Made by a program: the position numbers and the translations under genes
The notes under the pieces: generated by a model
The model's input: only the letters and a program-made list of their open reading frames with translations
The model's database searches: none
What the model was told of the DNA's origin: nothing
Shown here: piece by piece, positions 1 through 8,996 of the stretch
Layout: every line of letters starts with the position of its first letter
Numbering within the stretch: the first letter of the stretch is position 1
NCBI GenBank assembly: GCA_019637815.1
Contig: JAHBUZ010000001.1
Span: 151,865-215,864 of the forward strand
From: Chloroflexota bacterium
Lineage (GTDB): Bacteria; Chloroflexota; Limnocylindria; Limnocylindrales; CSP1-4
Length of the DNA stretch: 64,000 nt
Direction of reading: 5' to 3'

Positions 1-2
1 AG

Positions 3-992
3 CTCGATGGCGCGCAGCACCGCGATGTCGCTGCCCACGTCCGGCATCCGCTGGAGCGCCCACCGGCGGCCGTCCCAGCGGAGCACCATGGGCAGGTATC
101 GACCTCCGGACACCCGATAGCCGACCGCCCAGACGAGGCCCGAGCGCTGGATGATGACCGAGGTGAGGGCACCTTCCCGACCGGCTGCGCCGGTGATGGG
201 CGTGCGCTGCCAGCGTCCCGCCGAGCGGCGTGCGGCATGGGGGCGAGGGATGCCATCGACGGTGGTCCAGCCCACCGCCCAGACACCGCCGTTCGCCTCC
301 GCCGAGATGTCCATGAAGGCACCCGTCGCGCCCGGTGGCACGGGCGGGTCCTCCGATCGCCAGCCGGTCGAGGGAGAGCCACGCATCACCGACGGTCGTT
401 GTCCGCCCCGCGTGCTGTGGTAGCCGACGGCCCAGATGTCCTGGGCCGTGCGTGCGTCCATGCCCGTGAGGACGCCCACGCGCCGACCCGCTCGGCCGAG
501 GTCGACGCGGCGCCAGCGACCGGCGGACCAGCGCATCACCTGTGGTCGATACAGCCCATCCACGGTGCGGTAGCCCGCCGCCCAGAGCTGTCCCTCCGGG
601 CTGCGGTCCATCGCGAACAGGGCCTGCTCGCCACCCCGGTCCGCGACCGGGACCTCGCGCCACGCCGTCCCGTCCCAGCGTGCGGCCACGATCGACCGCG
701 CGTCCTCGGAGATCGAGCGCATGCCCACGGCCCACGCCTGTGGACCGGCCGTGACCACGGAGTTGAGCGTCGTCCGCTGGAACGAGCGGTCGAAGTGCGA
801 GGGACCCTGCGGGCACGCCTCGAGGACGGTGTCGCCCGTCACGACCGTTCCGTCGGTGTCCGGCAACGCTGCCGCGACCGGGCCCGTGGCGGTCAGGGGC
901 GCGGCGAGACACATCACCAGGGCCAGCCGGGCGAGGAAGGCGGGGGTCCGACGGGATGGGTCGGGCCGATGGCGCGTGCCCTGATGACGCAT
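3..992 (-). CDS. Secreted beta-propeller-like repeat protein (runs off the left edge; not in ORF track)
   Basis: Hand translation from ATG at 992 is open to the window edge. It has a signal-peptide-like N-terminus (FLARLALVMCLAAPLTATGPVAAA) and five W-A-[VA]-G repeats (AWAVGM, LWAAGY, IWAVGY, VWAVGW, VWAVGY). Confidence 0.7.
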   Translation of the reverse strand, partial: MRHQGTRHRPDPSRRTPAFLARLALVMCLAAPLTATGPVAAALPDTDGTVVTGDTVLEACPQGPSHFDRSFQRTTLNSVVTAGPQAWAVGMRSISEDARSIVAARWDGTAWREVPVADRGGEQALFAMDRSPEGQLWAAGYRTVDGLYRPQVMRWSAGRWRRVDLGRAGRRVGVLTGMDARTAQDIWAVGYHSTRGGQRPSVMRGSPSTGWRSEDPPVPPGATGAFMDISAEANGGVWAVGWTTVDGIPRPHAARRSAGRWQRTPITGAAGREGALTSVIIQRSGLVWAVGYRVSGGRYLPMVLRWDGRRWALQRMPDVGSDIAVLRAIE

Positions 993-1215
993 CAGGGGCG
1001 GCAGAGTGACACGGATCGGACTGGGGCCTCGTTCGGGCAGGACGACGCAGGCCGCCTCCCTCCTGCGTCCCGCACCAGGGCGCAGGATACCCGCGGCCGG
1101 TGATCCGCGCCGAGGACCGGGCCCATCGCACTGACGATCGAGGGACTTACGGTGTACGCTCCGGGTCGTGGACACGCACGCCAGATCGGCGTTCGTCACA
1201 CCCTGGGAGGACACG

Positions 1216-1659
1216 ATGGCCGGTGATTGGGCAGCGATGGAGCAGGACCTGTACACGCAGGTGCGGAGCGGTGATGGGAGCATCACGCGCGGTTTCTTCA
1301 CGGGACGACAGGTGCTGTTGCTGACCACGATCGGCGCGAAGTCGGGCGAGCCGCGCACGACACCCCTCGTCTACTCCCACGAAGGCGGGAAGGTCGTGGT
1401 CATCGCCTCGGCAGCTGGCTCGCCGACACATCCCGCGTGGTACCTGAACATCCTCCAGGACCCCATCGTGACCGTCGAGGCAGCCGGGGAGACCTACCGG
1501 GCACGTGCCGTCGTGGTCGCGGACGCGGCGGAGCGCCGACGCATCTACGACCAGCATGCGGAGCTCCACGATTCGTTCACGGAGTACGAGGCCCAGGCGG
1601 GTGACCGGGTCATCCCGGTGATCCTGCTCGAGCGACTGCCGGCGGACGCCGCGAGCTGA
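1216..1659 (+). CDS. Deazaflavin (F420)-dependent nitroreductase family protein (Ddn-like)
   Basis: LLLTTIGAKSGEPRTTPL, VIASAAGSPTHPAWYLNI and R-VIPV motifs. Start placed at ATG 1216 behind GGAGG. Confidence 0.85.
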   Translation: MAGDWAAMEQDLYTQVRSGDGSITRGFFTGRQVLLLTTIGAKSGEPRTTPLVYSHEGGKVVVIASAAGSPTHPAWYLNILQDPIVTVEAAGETYRARAVVVADAAERRRIYDQHAELHDSFTEYEAQAGDRVIPVILLERLPADAAS

Positions 1660-1704
1660 CCTGGATGGCCGGGGCGCGACACCCCGGCCGACACCCTCGC
1701 CGGA

Positions 1705-2538
1705 TCAGCGCTCGTCGGGCAGCAGCGGTCGGATGACCAGCTCCACGGCACCACCGTGGCCGTCGGCATAGACCAGGCCCAGGACGCCGCCATTCGGGAC
1801 CGGGATGAGCTCGGCCACCTGGTCGGAGGTGAGCACGGCCTGGGGGACCCACCCGTCGTCCGGCGTCACGAAGTCGTCCATGGGCACGGACAAGCGCCAC
1901 TCGGCGGCAAGGCCGATCTCCTGGACCGCCGTCGGGACCAGCATGCCCAGGTAGGCGTCGGGGGCATATGTCTCGGTGGTGAGGCCGTGCTCGCCCGCCC
2001 ATGACTCGAAGTCCGCGAGGCTGGCAGCCAGCGTCGAAAGGGCGGTGAGCGCCGGATCCTGCGGGCTGTCGGGTCGCTCGAAGCCAAGGGCGTAGATGGA
2101 GACCGTGCGCTGGTCGGTCCCATCATCGAAGGTGAACGTCGTGGTGGGGGCATCCGCGACCACCGACTCGAGGCCGCTCGGCCCGACGGTCATGATCGGG
2201 TCATGGACGGCGGCCAGGAACTGGCTCGTCATCTCCTCGTCGAGATGCGTCACGCGGAATGCCGGCGGTGTCTCCCACGTCTGGCCCTCCAGCCATGGTC
2301 CGCGGTAGATCGCGGTGCCGTCGGCGTAGAGCGTGAAGGAGGGCATCTCCATGAGCGCGATCGACTGGGGCACGAAACCGCCCCCGACCTCCATCCGGAG
2401 CGCCACGGCCGTCGGCTCCGGACCCGGCGAGGGCTCCGCTGCCATCGCGCTCACGGGCACCGCGGCGAGGACCGCCACTGCGAGACCGATGGTGCGACCG
2501 GCACGCGGCCGAACGGGGTGGCGAGGATCGATGGACAT
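1705..2538 (-). CDS. Secreted hypothetical protein
   Basis: GGAG SD before ATG 2538, and a signal-peptide-like segment (IGLAVAVLAAVPVSAMA). No family recognised. Confidence 0.65.
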   Translation of the reverse strand: MSIDPRHPVRPRAGRTIGLAVAVLAAVPVSAMAAEPSPGPEPTAVALRMEVGGGFVPQSIALMEMPSFTLYADGTAIYRGPWLEGQTWETPPAFRVTHLDEEMTSQFLAAVHDPIMTVGPSGLESVVADAPTTTFTFDDGTDQRTVSIYALGFERPDSPQDPALTALSTLAASLADFESWAGEHGLTTETYAPDAYLGMLVPTAVQEIGLAAEWRLSVPMDDFVTPDDGWVPQAVLTSDQVAELIPVPNGGVLGLVYADGHGGAVELVIRPLLPDER

Positions 2539-2735
2539 GGGTGACGCTCCAGACAGGGACGCGGATGCGGGAGGCGCTGCGTCGACTGGGTGACCGGACG
2601 CCCGGACGCGCTCAGCGGTTCCCTCGAAAGGGGACCTTGGGGGCGAAGCCACACCCGCGGACGACCGGACCGATGATTCCCCGATGATGGCTGGGTCTGA
2701 ACCTCCAGGGACGACTCCGGGGTGAGCGCCCCGAC

Positions 2736-3689
2736 ATGACACGGAGGTCGACGATGGACGGACGGACAGGCATCGCCCTGCTCGGAGCGGTCGTGATATC
2801 CCTGGCGCCCGGTGTTGCCGTGGCGCAGGAAGGCTCAGCGGGCCCTGGCTCGCCGGCCACGCCGAGCGTGTCGTCGCTCGTCACACCGGGGAGCGGCACC
2901 GCATCCGTGAACGGCCTGGAGATGTACTACGAGGTCCACGGGACGGGCGAGCCACTCGTGCTCCTCCACGGGGCGCTCGTGGGCATCGACCTCTCCTGGG
3001 GTCAGCTCATGCCCATGCTCGCCGAGACGCGCCAGGTCATCGCCGTCGAGCAGCAGGGCCACTGGCGGACGCCCGACATCGACCGGCCCCTCTCGTACGC
3101 CCAGATGGCCGACGACACCGCGGCCCTCCTGGGCCAGCTGGGTGTCGAGCAGGCGGACATCCTGGGCTACAGCATGGGTGGGACGATCGCGCTCGAGCTC
3201 GCCATCCGGCACCCGGACGCGGTGCGGCGGCTGGTCGTGGTGTCCGCGGGCTTCGCGCCGGAGGGCACCTACCCCATCGTGGTCGCGGACATCGAGCGGC
3301 TGCGCCCGGAGGACCTCATCGGGTCCGGCCTGCCCGAGTCGTATGCGGAGGTGGCGCCCGATCCGGATGGCTGGTCCGGGCTGGTCGAGCGGATCAAGGA
3401 GCTCGAGCGGACCTGGGAGGGCATCCCGGCCGAGCAGGTCGCGGGTATCGAGGCGCCGACGTTGGTGGTCATCGGGGATTCTGACGCGGTGACGCCCGAG
3501 CACGCGGTCCAGCTCTTCCGGCTGCTCGGCGGCGGCGTGTCGGGCGACAACGAGCCCACGGTGCCCGACCGCTTCGCGATCCTGCCGGGCCTGTCGCACG
3601 TGGCCGTGGGCATGACCATCCCGACCTGGTTCCCCCACGTCGTCCAGCCGTTCCTGGACGAGCCCGCAAGCACCGAACGAGGCACATGA
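2736..3689 (+). CDS. Alpha/beta hydrolase with signal peptide
   Basis: PLVLLHG, nucleophile elbow GYSMGG, VIGDSD, and His in GLSH. Confidence 0.9.
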   Translation: MTRRSTMDGRTGIALLGAVVISLAPGVAVAQEGSAGPGSPATPSVSSLVTPGSGTASVNGLEMYYEVHGTGEPLVLLHGALVGIDLSWGQLMPMLAETRQVIAVEQQGHWRTPDIDRPLSYAQMADDTAALLGQLGVEQADILGYSMGGTIALELAIRHPDAVRRLVVVSAGFAPEGTYPIVVADIERLRPEDLIGSGLPESYAEVAPDPDGWSGLVERIKELERTWEGIPAEQVAGIEAPTLVVIGDSDAVTPEHAVQLFRLLGGGVSGDNEPTVPDRFAILPGLSHVAVGMTIPTWFPHVVQPFLDEPASTERGT

Positions 3690-3840
3690 TGTCCCGTGGC
3701 GGCGACATATCCTCGGGTTCGCGGTCCGCGACCTCGACGAGGCACGGACGTTCCATCGGGACACGCTGAGCCTGGTCGGGTGAGAGACGCCTGCCGCCGA
3801 GCGCTGGTTGGGCTGGTCGATCGATGCCCTCGTGATCGAC

Positions 3841-3984
3841 GTCCTGGGTGACGGTCGCGCACCACACTCCCACGCTCACCGTGGGAACCGGGGTCAGGGT
3901 GCAAGCCCCCTTCGAGCTGGAGCCTGATCGAAGCGGCCACATCCCGGGGTGGACCCACAGCGAATGGCGGCAACGCACAGGGAC
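3841..3984 (+). ncRNA. Candidate 6S (SsrS)-like RNA
   Basis: By-eye rod-like fold with a central open region. Ends GUCCUGGGUG and GGCGGCAACGCACAGGGAC, plus an internal GAACC, resemble 6S hallmarks as I recall them. Not tested with a covariance model, and the strand is inferred. Confidence 0.45.
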
Positions 3985-3986
3985 CT

Positions 3987-4358
3987 TGGTGGAGATGGGG
4001 GAGAGTCGAACTCCCCGTCCAGAACCTTCAGCCGGGAACCAACTACGAGCGTGTCCAGCGATTTATCGTCAGATCCGTCATCCGGCACTGGCACCGTGCG
4101 GCGGACCCCAGTCACGTCCCCTTGCGGGCTTTACTCCTGGCTACGCGACGATGACCAGGAGCGCATCCCCGCTGGATGACGCTTCCACAGCCCGCGGGGA
4201 TGAGGCTGCTTCCACGCTCACCTTACTGCCTCAGGCAGCGAGGGCGAGAGCAGGCTGGCGGTTGCCAGTTACTTCGTTTTGCCGCCTTTTTACGAGGCCA
4301 GACGGCACCTCGGCTCGCGCTTCCCGGGGATCCGACCCTGTCGAGACCACGCATCCCC
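3987..4358 (-). ncRNA. ssrA: tmRNA; tag peptide (A)GNRQPALALAA
   Basis: 5' GGGGATG pairs with 3' CATCTCC-ACCA with a G3.U wobble. T-arm GGGAGTTCGACTCTCC. UAACU precedes the resume codon. Tag ORF at 4266..4231 ends ALALAA-TGA. smpB lies nearby. Confidence 0.97.
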
Positions 4359-4367
4359 AAGACCTTG

Positions 4368-4376
4368 ACTATATCA
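4368..4376 (-). promoter_or_regulatory. Extended -10 promoter of ssrA (TGa-TATAGT)
   Basis: TATAGT at 4373..4368 lies 9 nt before the mature tmRNA 5' end. Confidence 0.75.
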
Positions 4377-4378
4377 CT

Positions 4379-4392
4379 CGAACACCTGTTCG
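4379..4392. promoter_or_regulatory. Gram-positive-type LexA/SOS box in ssrA promoter
   Basis: CGAAC-ACCT-GTTCG has perfect palindromic arms matching CGAAC-N4-GTTCG and sits between the -35 and -10 positions. Confidence 0.65.
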
Positions 4393-4416
4393 GCCACCAG
4401 GGTCCCGGCCGACGGC

Positions 4417-4893
4417 TCAGTAGCGGAGGAGCGTCATCACCGCACCGACGCGGTTCAGCATCAGCAGCCCGACGGGCAGCGTGATGAGGAGGGCGCACAG
4501 GGACCACGCGATGCCCATGTAGATGGCACCCAGCCACCAGCCCACGAGCAGGAACCAGGCAGCCCGGAGGATCATCGGCAGCTGGTCGTGGGGCTCACCG
4601 CGGACGTACCGGACGCCATCCCGCACCTCGGTGACATACCCCTCGCTCCGCGGTCGGAGCGTCATGACGGCCGGGATGCGGTCGAACAGGGCGAAGCCGA
4701 CGGGTAGACCGACGATGGTGACGCAGCAGAGGTAGGCGACGGTGATGACGATCGAGCTGAGCCACCAGCCGATGAACAGGAACCAGAGCGCCCGGATGAG
4801 TAGCCCGACGTCGTTCGATTCGCCCGGGAGGACGAGCACGTCCCTCGTGCTCGATGTCTCCTGCTGCTGCGCCTTCGGCCAGGGATAGCTCAT
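4417..4893 (-). CDS. YccF-domain inner membrane protein (duplicated DUF307-like halves)
   Basis: Two repeats of RAxWFLxxGWWL...CxxxITxPxG. Start placed at ATG 4893. Confidence 0.8.
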   Translation of the reverse strand: MSYPWPKAQQQETSSTRDVLVLPGESNDVGLLIRALWFLFIGWWLSSIVITVAYLCCVTIVGLPVGFALFDRIPAVMTLRPRSEGYVTEVRDGVRYVRGEPHDQLPMILRAAWFLLVGWWLGAIYMGIAWSLCALLITLPVGLLMLNRVGAVMTLLRY

Positions 4894-4984
4894 CACTGCG
4901 TCCTTGCTGTTCCCGCGCCGCCGGATCCATCGAGACAGCGAAGGATCCGGGTGCCGACACGCAGCGGATGCCGCATCACGGACC

Positions 4985-5446
4985 TCAGCGGCCGCGTTGG
5001 AGGTCGGCCAGCTCGCGTTGCAGGTCGCGCCGTGCATCCCGCTCCGCGATGTCCTGGCGCCGGTCGTGGAGCTGCTTGCCGCGCGCGACGCCCAGCTGCA
5101 CCTTGGCACGTCCGCGATCGTCGATGTAGAGGCTGAGGGGCACGATGGTCATGCCCTTCGACTTCACGCGGCCGATGAGCTGGTCGATCTGGACGCGATG
5201 AAGGAGCAGCTTCCGATCGCGACGCGCCTCGTGGTTCCATCGATTGCCCCCGGTCCAGGGCGCGATGTTGACGCCCACCAGCCAGGCCTCGCCGTGCTCG
5301 ATGCGGGCGTGGGAGTCCTGGAGATTCACCTTCCCGGCGCGGATGCTCTTGATCTCGGTGCCGCGCAGCACGAGACCCGCCTCGAGGGTGTCCTCGATGG
5401 TGTACTCGTGACGGGCCTTGCGATTGACGGCGATGGTCTCGCCCAT
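4985..5446 (-). CDS. smpB: SsrA-binding protein SmpB
   Basis: IAVNRKARHEY, EAGLVLRGTEIKSIR, RKLLLH, ARGKQLHDRR. AGGAG SD before ATG 5446. Confidence 0.97.
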   Translation of the reverse strand: MGETIAVNRKARHEYTIEDTLEAGLVLRGTEIKSIRAGKVNLQDSHARIEHGEAWLVGVNIAPWTGGNRWNHEARRDRKLLLHRVQIDQLIGRVKSKGMTIVPLSLYIDDRGRAKVQLGVARGKQLHDRRQDIAERDARRDLQRELADLQRGR

Positions 5447-5560
5447 GACTGGACTCCTGGGGACGATGGACCGGCCATGGCCGGACGTCGGATGGTGGTC
5501 GGGCTCGAGCGCCTGCGGCGACACTCGGTCGCGCCGGCGAAGCAGCGTGAGACCCGGACG

Positions 5561-5596
5561 CACGAACGCCGGCCCACAGTGGACCGGCGCTTCGTG
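5561..5596 (-). terminator. Long GC-rich hairpin between the small ORF and smpB (terminator/attenuator-like)
   Basis: CACGAA-CGCCGG-CCCAC / GTGG-A-CCGGCG-C-TTCGTG inverted repeat. No U-tract. Confidence 0.5.
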
Positions 5597-5626
5597 GCTG
5601 GCTTCACCACCCGAAGGGGCTACCGA

Positions 5627-5674
5627 CTAGCGGGCCGCCTCCGAGGTGGTGCAGCGCTGGCTACTGTCACTCAC
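5627..5674 (-). CDS. Small ORF MSDSSQRCTTSEAAR (putative leader/small peptide)
   Basis: TAGGCT -10 at 5708..5703, perfect SD GAAAGGAGGTGAT at 5692..5680, GTG at 5674 and TAG at 5629..5627. Confidence 0.55.
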   Translation of the reverse strand: MSDSSQRCTTSEAAR

Positions 5675-5756
5675 TGCACATCACCTCCTTTCGTTCCCGA
5701 TGAGCCTAGACCGATCCCGCGCTCGATGCAAGAGGCGATCCTGCGCGTCAGGTCCG

Positions 5757-7226
5757 TCAGGGCAGGATGGACGCGTCGGGCGAGCCGCCACCCGGCCCGA
5801 CCGACCCTTCGGGCGACCCGCTGCCCGGTGCCGGCGACGCGCCAGCCGGGACCGTCGAACCGGCCGGCGATGGGCTCGGCGCTGCGGACGTTGACGGGAC
5901 ATCGCCCCGGATCGCGGCCTCGAGGATCGCGAGCGCCCGCTCGAGCTGCGGGTCGATGTCGTCCACACCGCTCGGTGCCACGACCTCGTCCGGTGTGATG
6001 CCCACGCCGTGGATCCAGGTCTGGTCCGGCGTCAGCCAGCGCGCCACGGACAGCCGGAAGCCACCCGCGTCCCCGGACAGCAGGTGCCACTGCTGGACCG
6101 TGCCCTTGCCGAAGGTGGTCTCGCCCACGAGCATGGCGCGATCCGCGTCCTGGAGCGCCCCCGCCACGATCTCGCTGGCGGATGCCGTGCCCCCGTTGAC
6201 GAGCACGACCATGGGCAGCGTCGGATCGGTGGCCAGGCCATCGGGCAGCGCCTCGTGCGGGATGGTCCGACCGTCCGCGTACTGGTCCCAGTAGATGGGC
6301 CCGCTGCCCACGAACTGGCTCGCGATCGACAGCGCGGCTTCCACGAACCCGCCGGGGTCATCACGCAGGTCGAGGATGAACGCACCCGCCCCGGCATCGA
6401 GCTGCTCCTGGAGCCGCGCCCGCAGCTCGTCCGCGGAGCCGCCGCTGAAGCCATCGATGCGCAGGTAGCCGACCGAGCCATCCGCGAGCAGCTCGGCCTG
6501 CACGGCCGGTCGCTGGATGACATCCCGGGTGATCGTCAGCTCCATGGGGCTGCCGTCGCGGACGATCGACAGCCGGACGGTGGTGCCGCGTGGGCCGCGC
6601 ACCCGTTCGACGACCCGGTCCACGGTGGATCCCGTGACGTCCTCGTCGTCCACGGCCACCAGTCGGTCGTTCGCCTCCAGGCCGGCCGCCTCCGCCGGTG
6701 AGCCGTCGATGATGCCCACCACGACCAGGTGGCAGGCCTCGCCGAGCGTGGTGCAGACGCCCCCCGAGTCGTCCAGCGACTGCATGGTGGCGCCGATGCC
6801 CTCGAACGAGCCGCCGATGGAGTCGAGGCTCTGGCGGTACTCGTCGGACGTCATGTACGAGGAGTACGGGTCATCGAGCGCCCCGAACATGCCCTGGATG
6901 GCGCCCTCCACGAGCTCCCTGGGGTCGTACTGGCCGACGTACTCCGTGGAGATCGTGCGGTACGTCTCCCAGAAGGGCTCGAACAGGGCCCGCTCGTCCC
7001 CCCCGGAACCGGGTGCCAGCGACTGCTGGAGGCCGAGCGTGAAGCCGGCCGCGAAGAGCGCCGAGCCCGCGAGCACCGCGACCAGGAACAGGGCAGCGAT
7101 GAGTGACCCGCGACCGGGCGGGGGTGGAGGCTGCCAGGCGGGAGGCTGGGACACCGGACCTGCCGACCAGCCGTTCGCGGGGTCGGGCATGCCGGACGGG
7201 TCGGTCGGCTCGGGCGTCAGGGACAT
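5757..7226 (-). CDS. ctpA: S41 family carboxyl-terminal processing protease (PDZ + S41)
   Basis: DDPYS, GIG, PDZ domain, ILDLRDDPGG, TASASEIVAGALQD, GETTFGKG. N-terminal TM anchor and Pro/Ser-rich tail. Confidence 0.92.
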   Translation of the reverse strand: MSLTPEPTDPSGMPDPANGWSAGPVSQPPAWQPPPPPGRGSLIAALFLVAVLAGSALFAAGFTLGLQQSLAPGSGGDERALFEPFWETYRTISTEYVGQYDPRELVEGAIQGMFGALDDPYSSYMTSDEYRQSLDSIGGSFEGIGATMQSLDDSGGVCTTLGEACHLVVVGIIDGSPAEAAGLEANDRLVAVDDEDVTGSTVDRVVERVRGPRGTTVRLSIVRDGSPMELTITRDVIQRPAVQAELLADGSVGYLRIDGFSGGSADELRARLQEQLDAGAGAFILDLRDDPGGFVEAALSIASQFVGSGPIYWDQYADGRTIPHEALPDGLATDPTLPMVVLVNGGTASASEIVAGALQDADRAMLVGETTFGKGTVQQWHLLSGDAGGFRLSVARWLTPDQTWIHGVGITPDEVVAPSGVDDIDPQLERALAILEAAIRGDVPSTSAAPSPSPAGSTVPAGASPAPGSGSPEGSVGPGGGSPDASILP

Positions 7227-7245
7227 GGCCGGATGCGCCGCGGTC

Positions 7246-8139
7246 TCAGGTGATCTGCCGGAGGTAGGCGCGCACGGAGATCCAGGCGCCCACGCCGCCG
7301 AGACCCAGCCCGGCCAGGAGCACGAGCGAGACCACCTGGAGCGTGAGCGACTGGGAGAAGCCGACGGGCACCTGGCCGGCGATGGCCCGCGCGACCTCCG
7401 AGATCGGTGCGGACGCGGCGAACAGCAGGCCGAGCGTGACGAGCGCCCCCAGGAGGCCCACCAGGAGCCCTTCCACGATGAACGGCCAGCGCACGAAATG
7501 GTCCGACGCGCCCACCAGACGCATGATCTCGATCTCCTGGGCGCGTGACATGACCGCCATCCGGATGGAGTTGACCACGATGAGCAGCACCGTGAGGCCC
7601 ACCAGCAGCAGCACCGCGACCCCCACGGTGCGCAGGGTCGCGGTCACGCTGACGAGGCGGTCGACCGAGCGCAGCGAGTCGATCACCTGGGCGACCACGG
7701 GTCCCCGAGCGCCGTCGAGCACCACCATCACCGGCTCGTACCGTCGCGGATCCACCAGGCGCACGGACAAGCGTGCCGGGAACGGGTTGGTGATGTACCC
7801 CGACAGGTCCTGCTCGCCAGCCTCGGCACGCTGCCGGTTGAACTCGTCGAGCGCCTCCTCCTTGGTCACGTAGGCGACCGAGGCGACCTCCGGGAGCTCC
7901 CGCAGCTCCGTCGCGAGCGCATCGACGCGCTCCTGTGGCGCGCCCTCGGCGAGCTCGGCGCGGATCTCCACCTTCGACTCCACGAAGGCCACGCCCGCCT
8001 GCATCCCGGACAGGACGATGACCAGGCTCGACAGGAGGATGAGCATCATGACCATCGTCACGGTCGCCGCGAGGCTCATGACCCGGTTGCGCCACAGCCC
8101 CTCGAGCGCCTGCCGGAGGGAGAACGCGAAGAGGTGCAT
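7246..8139 (-). CDS. ftsX: Cell division permease FtsX
   Basis: Four-TM FtsX layout with EIEIMRLVGASDHFVRWPFIVEG; follows ftsE. Confidence 0.93.
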   Translation of the reverse strand: MHLFAFSLRQALEGLWRNRVMSLAATVTMVMMLILLSSLVIVLSGMQAGVAFVESKVEIRAELAEGAPQERVDALATELRELPEVASVAYVTKEEALDEFNRQRAEAGEQDLSGYITNPFPARLSVRLVDPRRYEPVMVVLDGARGPVVAQVIDSLRSVDRLVSVTATLRTVGVAVLLLVGLTVLLIVVNSIRMAVMSRAQEIEIMRLVGASDHFVRWPFIVEGLLVGLLGALVTLGLLFAASAPISEVARAIAGQVPVGFSQSLTLQVVSLVLLAGLGLGGVGAWISVRAYLRQIT

Positions 8140-8996
8140 CAGGCGTATTCGCGGTGGTAGCCACCGACCTCGTCGCGGATGATGCGGCCACCCTCCAGCG
8201 CCACGACCCGCTTCCGGAGCGCGGTCACCACCTCGGCGTTGTGGGTCGCCATGAGCACGGTCGTGCCCATCTCGTTGATGCGCAGCAGGAGCTGGATGAT
8301 CTCCCAGCTGATGAGCGGGTCGAGGTTGCCCGTGGGCTCGTCCGCGATGATGAGCTTGGGGTCATGGACCATGGCCCGGGCGATGGCCGCCCGCTGCATC
8401 TCGCCACCCGACAGCTGACCGGGACGCTGGTCCCCCTGCCCGGTGAGCCCGACCAGCGCGATGAGGCGCTCGACGGTCGCCTGGATCTGGCGTCGGGGCG
8501 TGCCCGTCACCTCGAGCGCGAACGCGACGTTCTCACGCACCGTCTTGCGGGGCAGCAACCGGAAGTCCTGGAACACGATGCCGATCCGGCGGCGGAGCTG
8601 TGGCACCTCGTTCCGACGGATCCGGTCCAGGTCGAAGCCGGCGACCATGATCGAGCCGGTCGTCGCGATCTCATCGTGGACGAGCAGCTTGATGAGCGTG
8701 CTCTTGCCGGCCCCCGACGCGCCCACCAGGAACACGAAGTCCCCCTCCGGCACGACCAGGTCGACGTCCACCACGGCCGGTTTGCCATTGGGATAGACCT
8801 TGCCCACCTCGGACAGCTGGATGGCGAGGCGTGGCGGCTGCAGCGGGTGGGCTCGACCACCGGCCATGCCGGGTGCATCGGACCAGGAGTGCGGTGTGCT
8901 CCCGGGTGGCTCCAGCACGGCCGTGCGCACCAGGGGCTCGCGTGGGCCCGGCACGGCGGACAGGCGCATCGCGCCACCGGACAGGGCGTCGCTCAT
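8139..8996 (-). CDS. ftsE: Cell division ATP-binding protein FtsE
   Basis: GASGAGKST, LSGGEMQR, ADEPTGNLD. ATG 8996 sits 7 nt after TGc-TAGGCT (leaderless start). An alternative ATG is at 8867. Confidence 0.93.
   Translation of the reverse strand: MSDALSGGAMRLSAVPGPREPLVRTAVLEPPGSTPHSWSDAPGMAGGRAHPLQPPRLAIQLSEVGKVYPNGKPAVVDVDLVVPEGDFVFLVGASGAGKSTLIKLLVHDEIATTGSIMVAGFDLDRIRRNEVPQLRRRIGIVFQDFRLLPRKTVRENVAFALEVTGTPRRQIQATVERLIALVGLTGQGDQRPGQLSGGEMQRAAIARAMVHDPKLIIADEPTGNLDPLISWEIIQLLLRINEMGTTVLMATHNAEVVTALRKRVVALEGGRIIRDEVGGYHREYA

Noticed and set aside
3700-3990. Genomic island or prophage integrated at the ssrA 3' end
   Set aside because: No integrase and no duplicated tmRNA 3' end (att) is visible in the window.
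3848-4484. ORFs 3848..4423 and 4176..4484 on the + strand
   Set aside because: They overlap tmRNA and the candidate structured RNA and have no protein features.
5471-5484. 14-bp palindrome CCGGCCATGGCCGG upstream of smpB
   Set aside because: It is almost all G/C in a very GC-rich sequence and occurs once, so it is likely chance.
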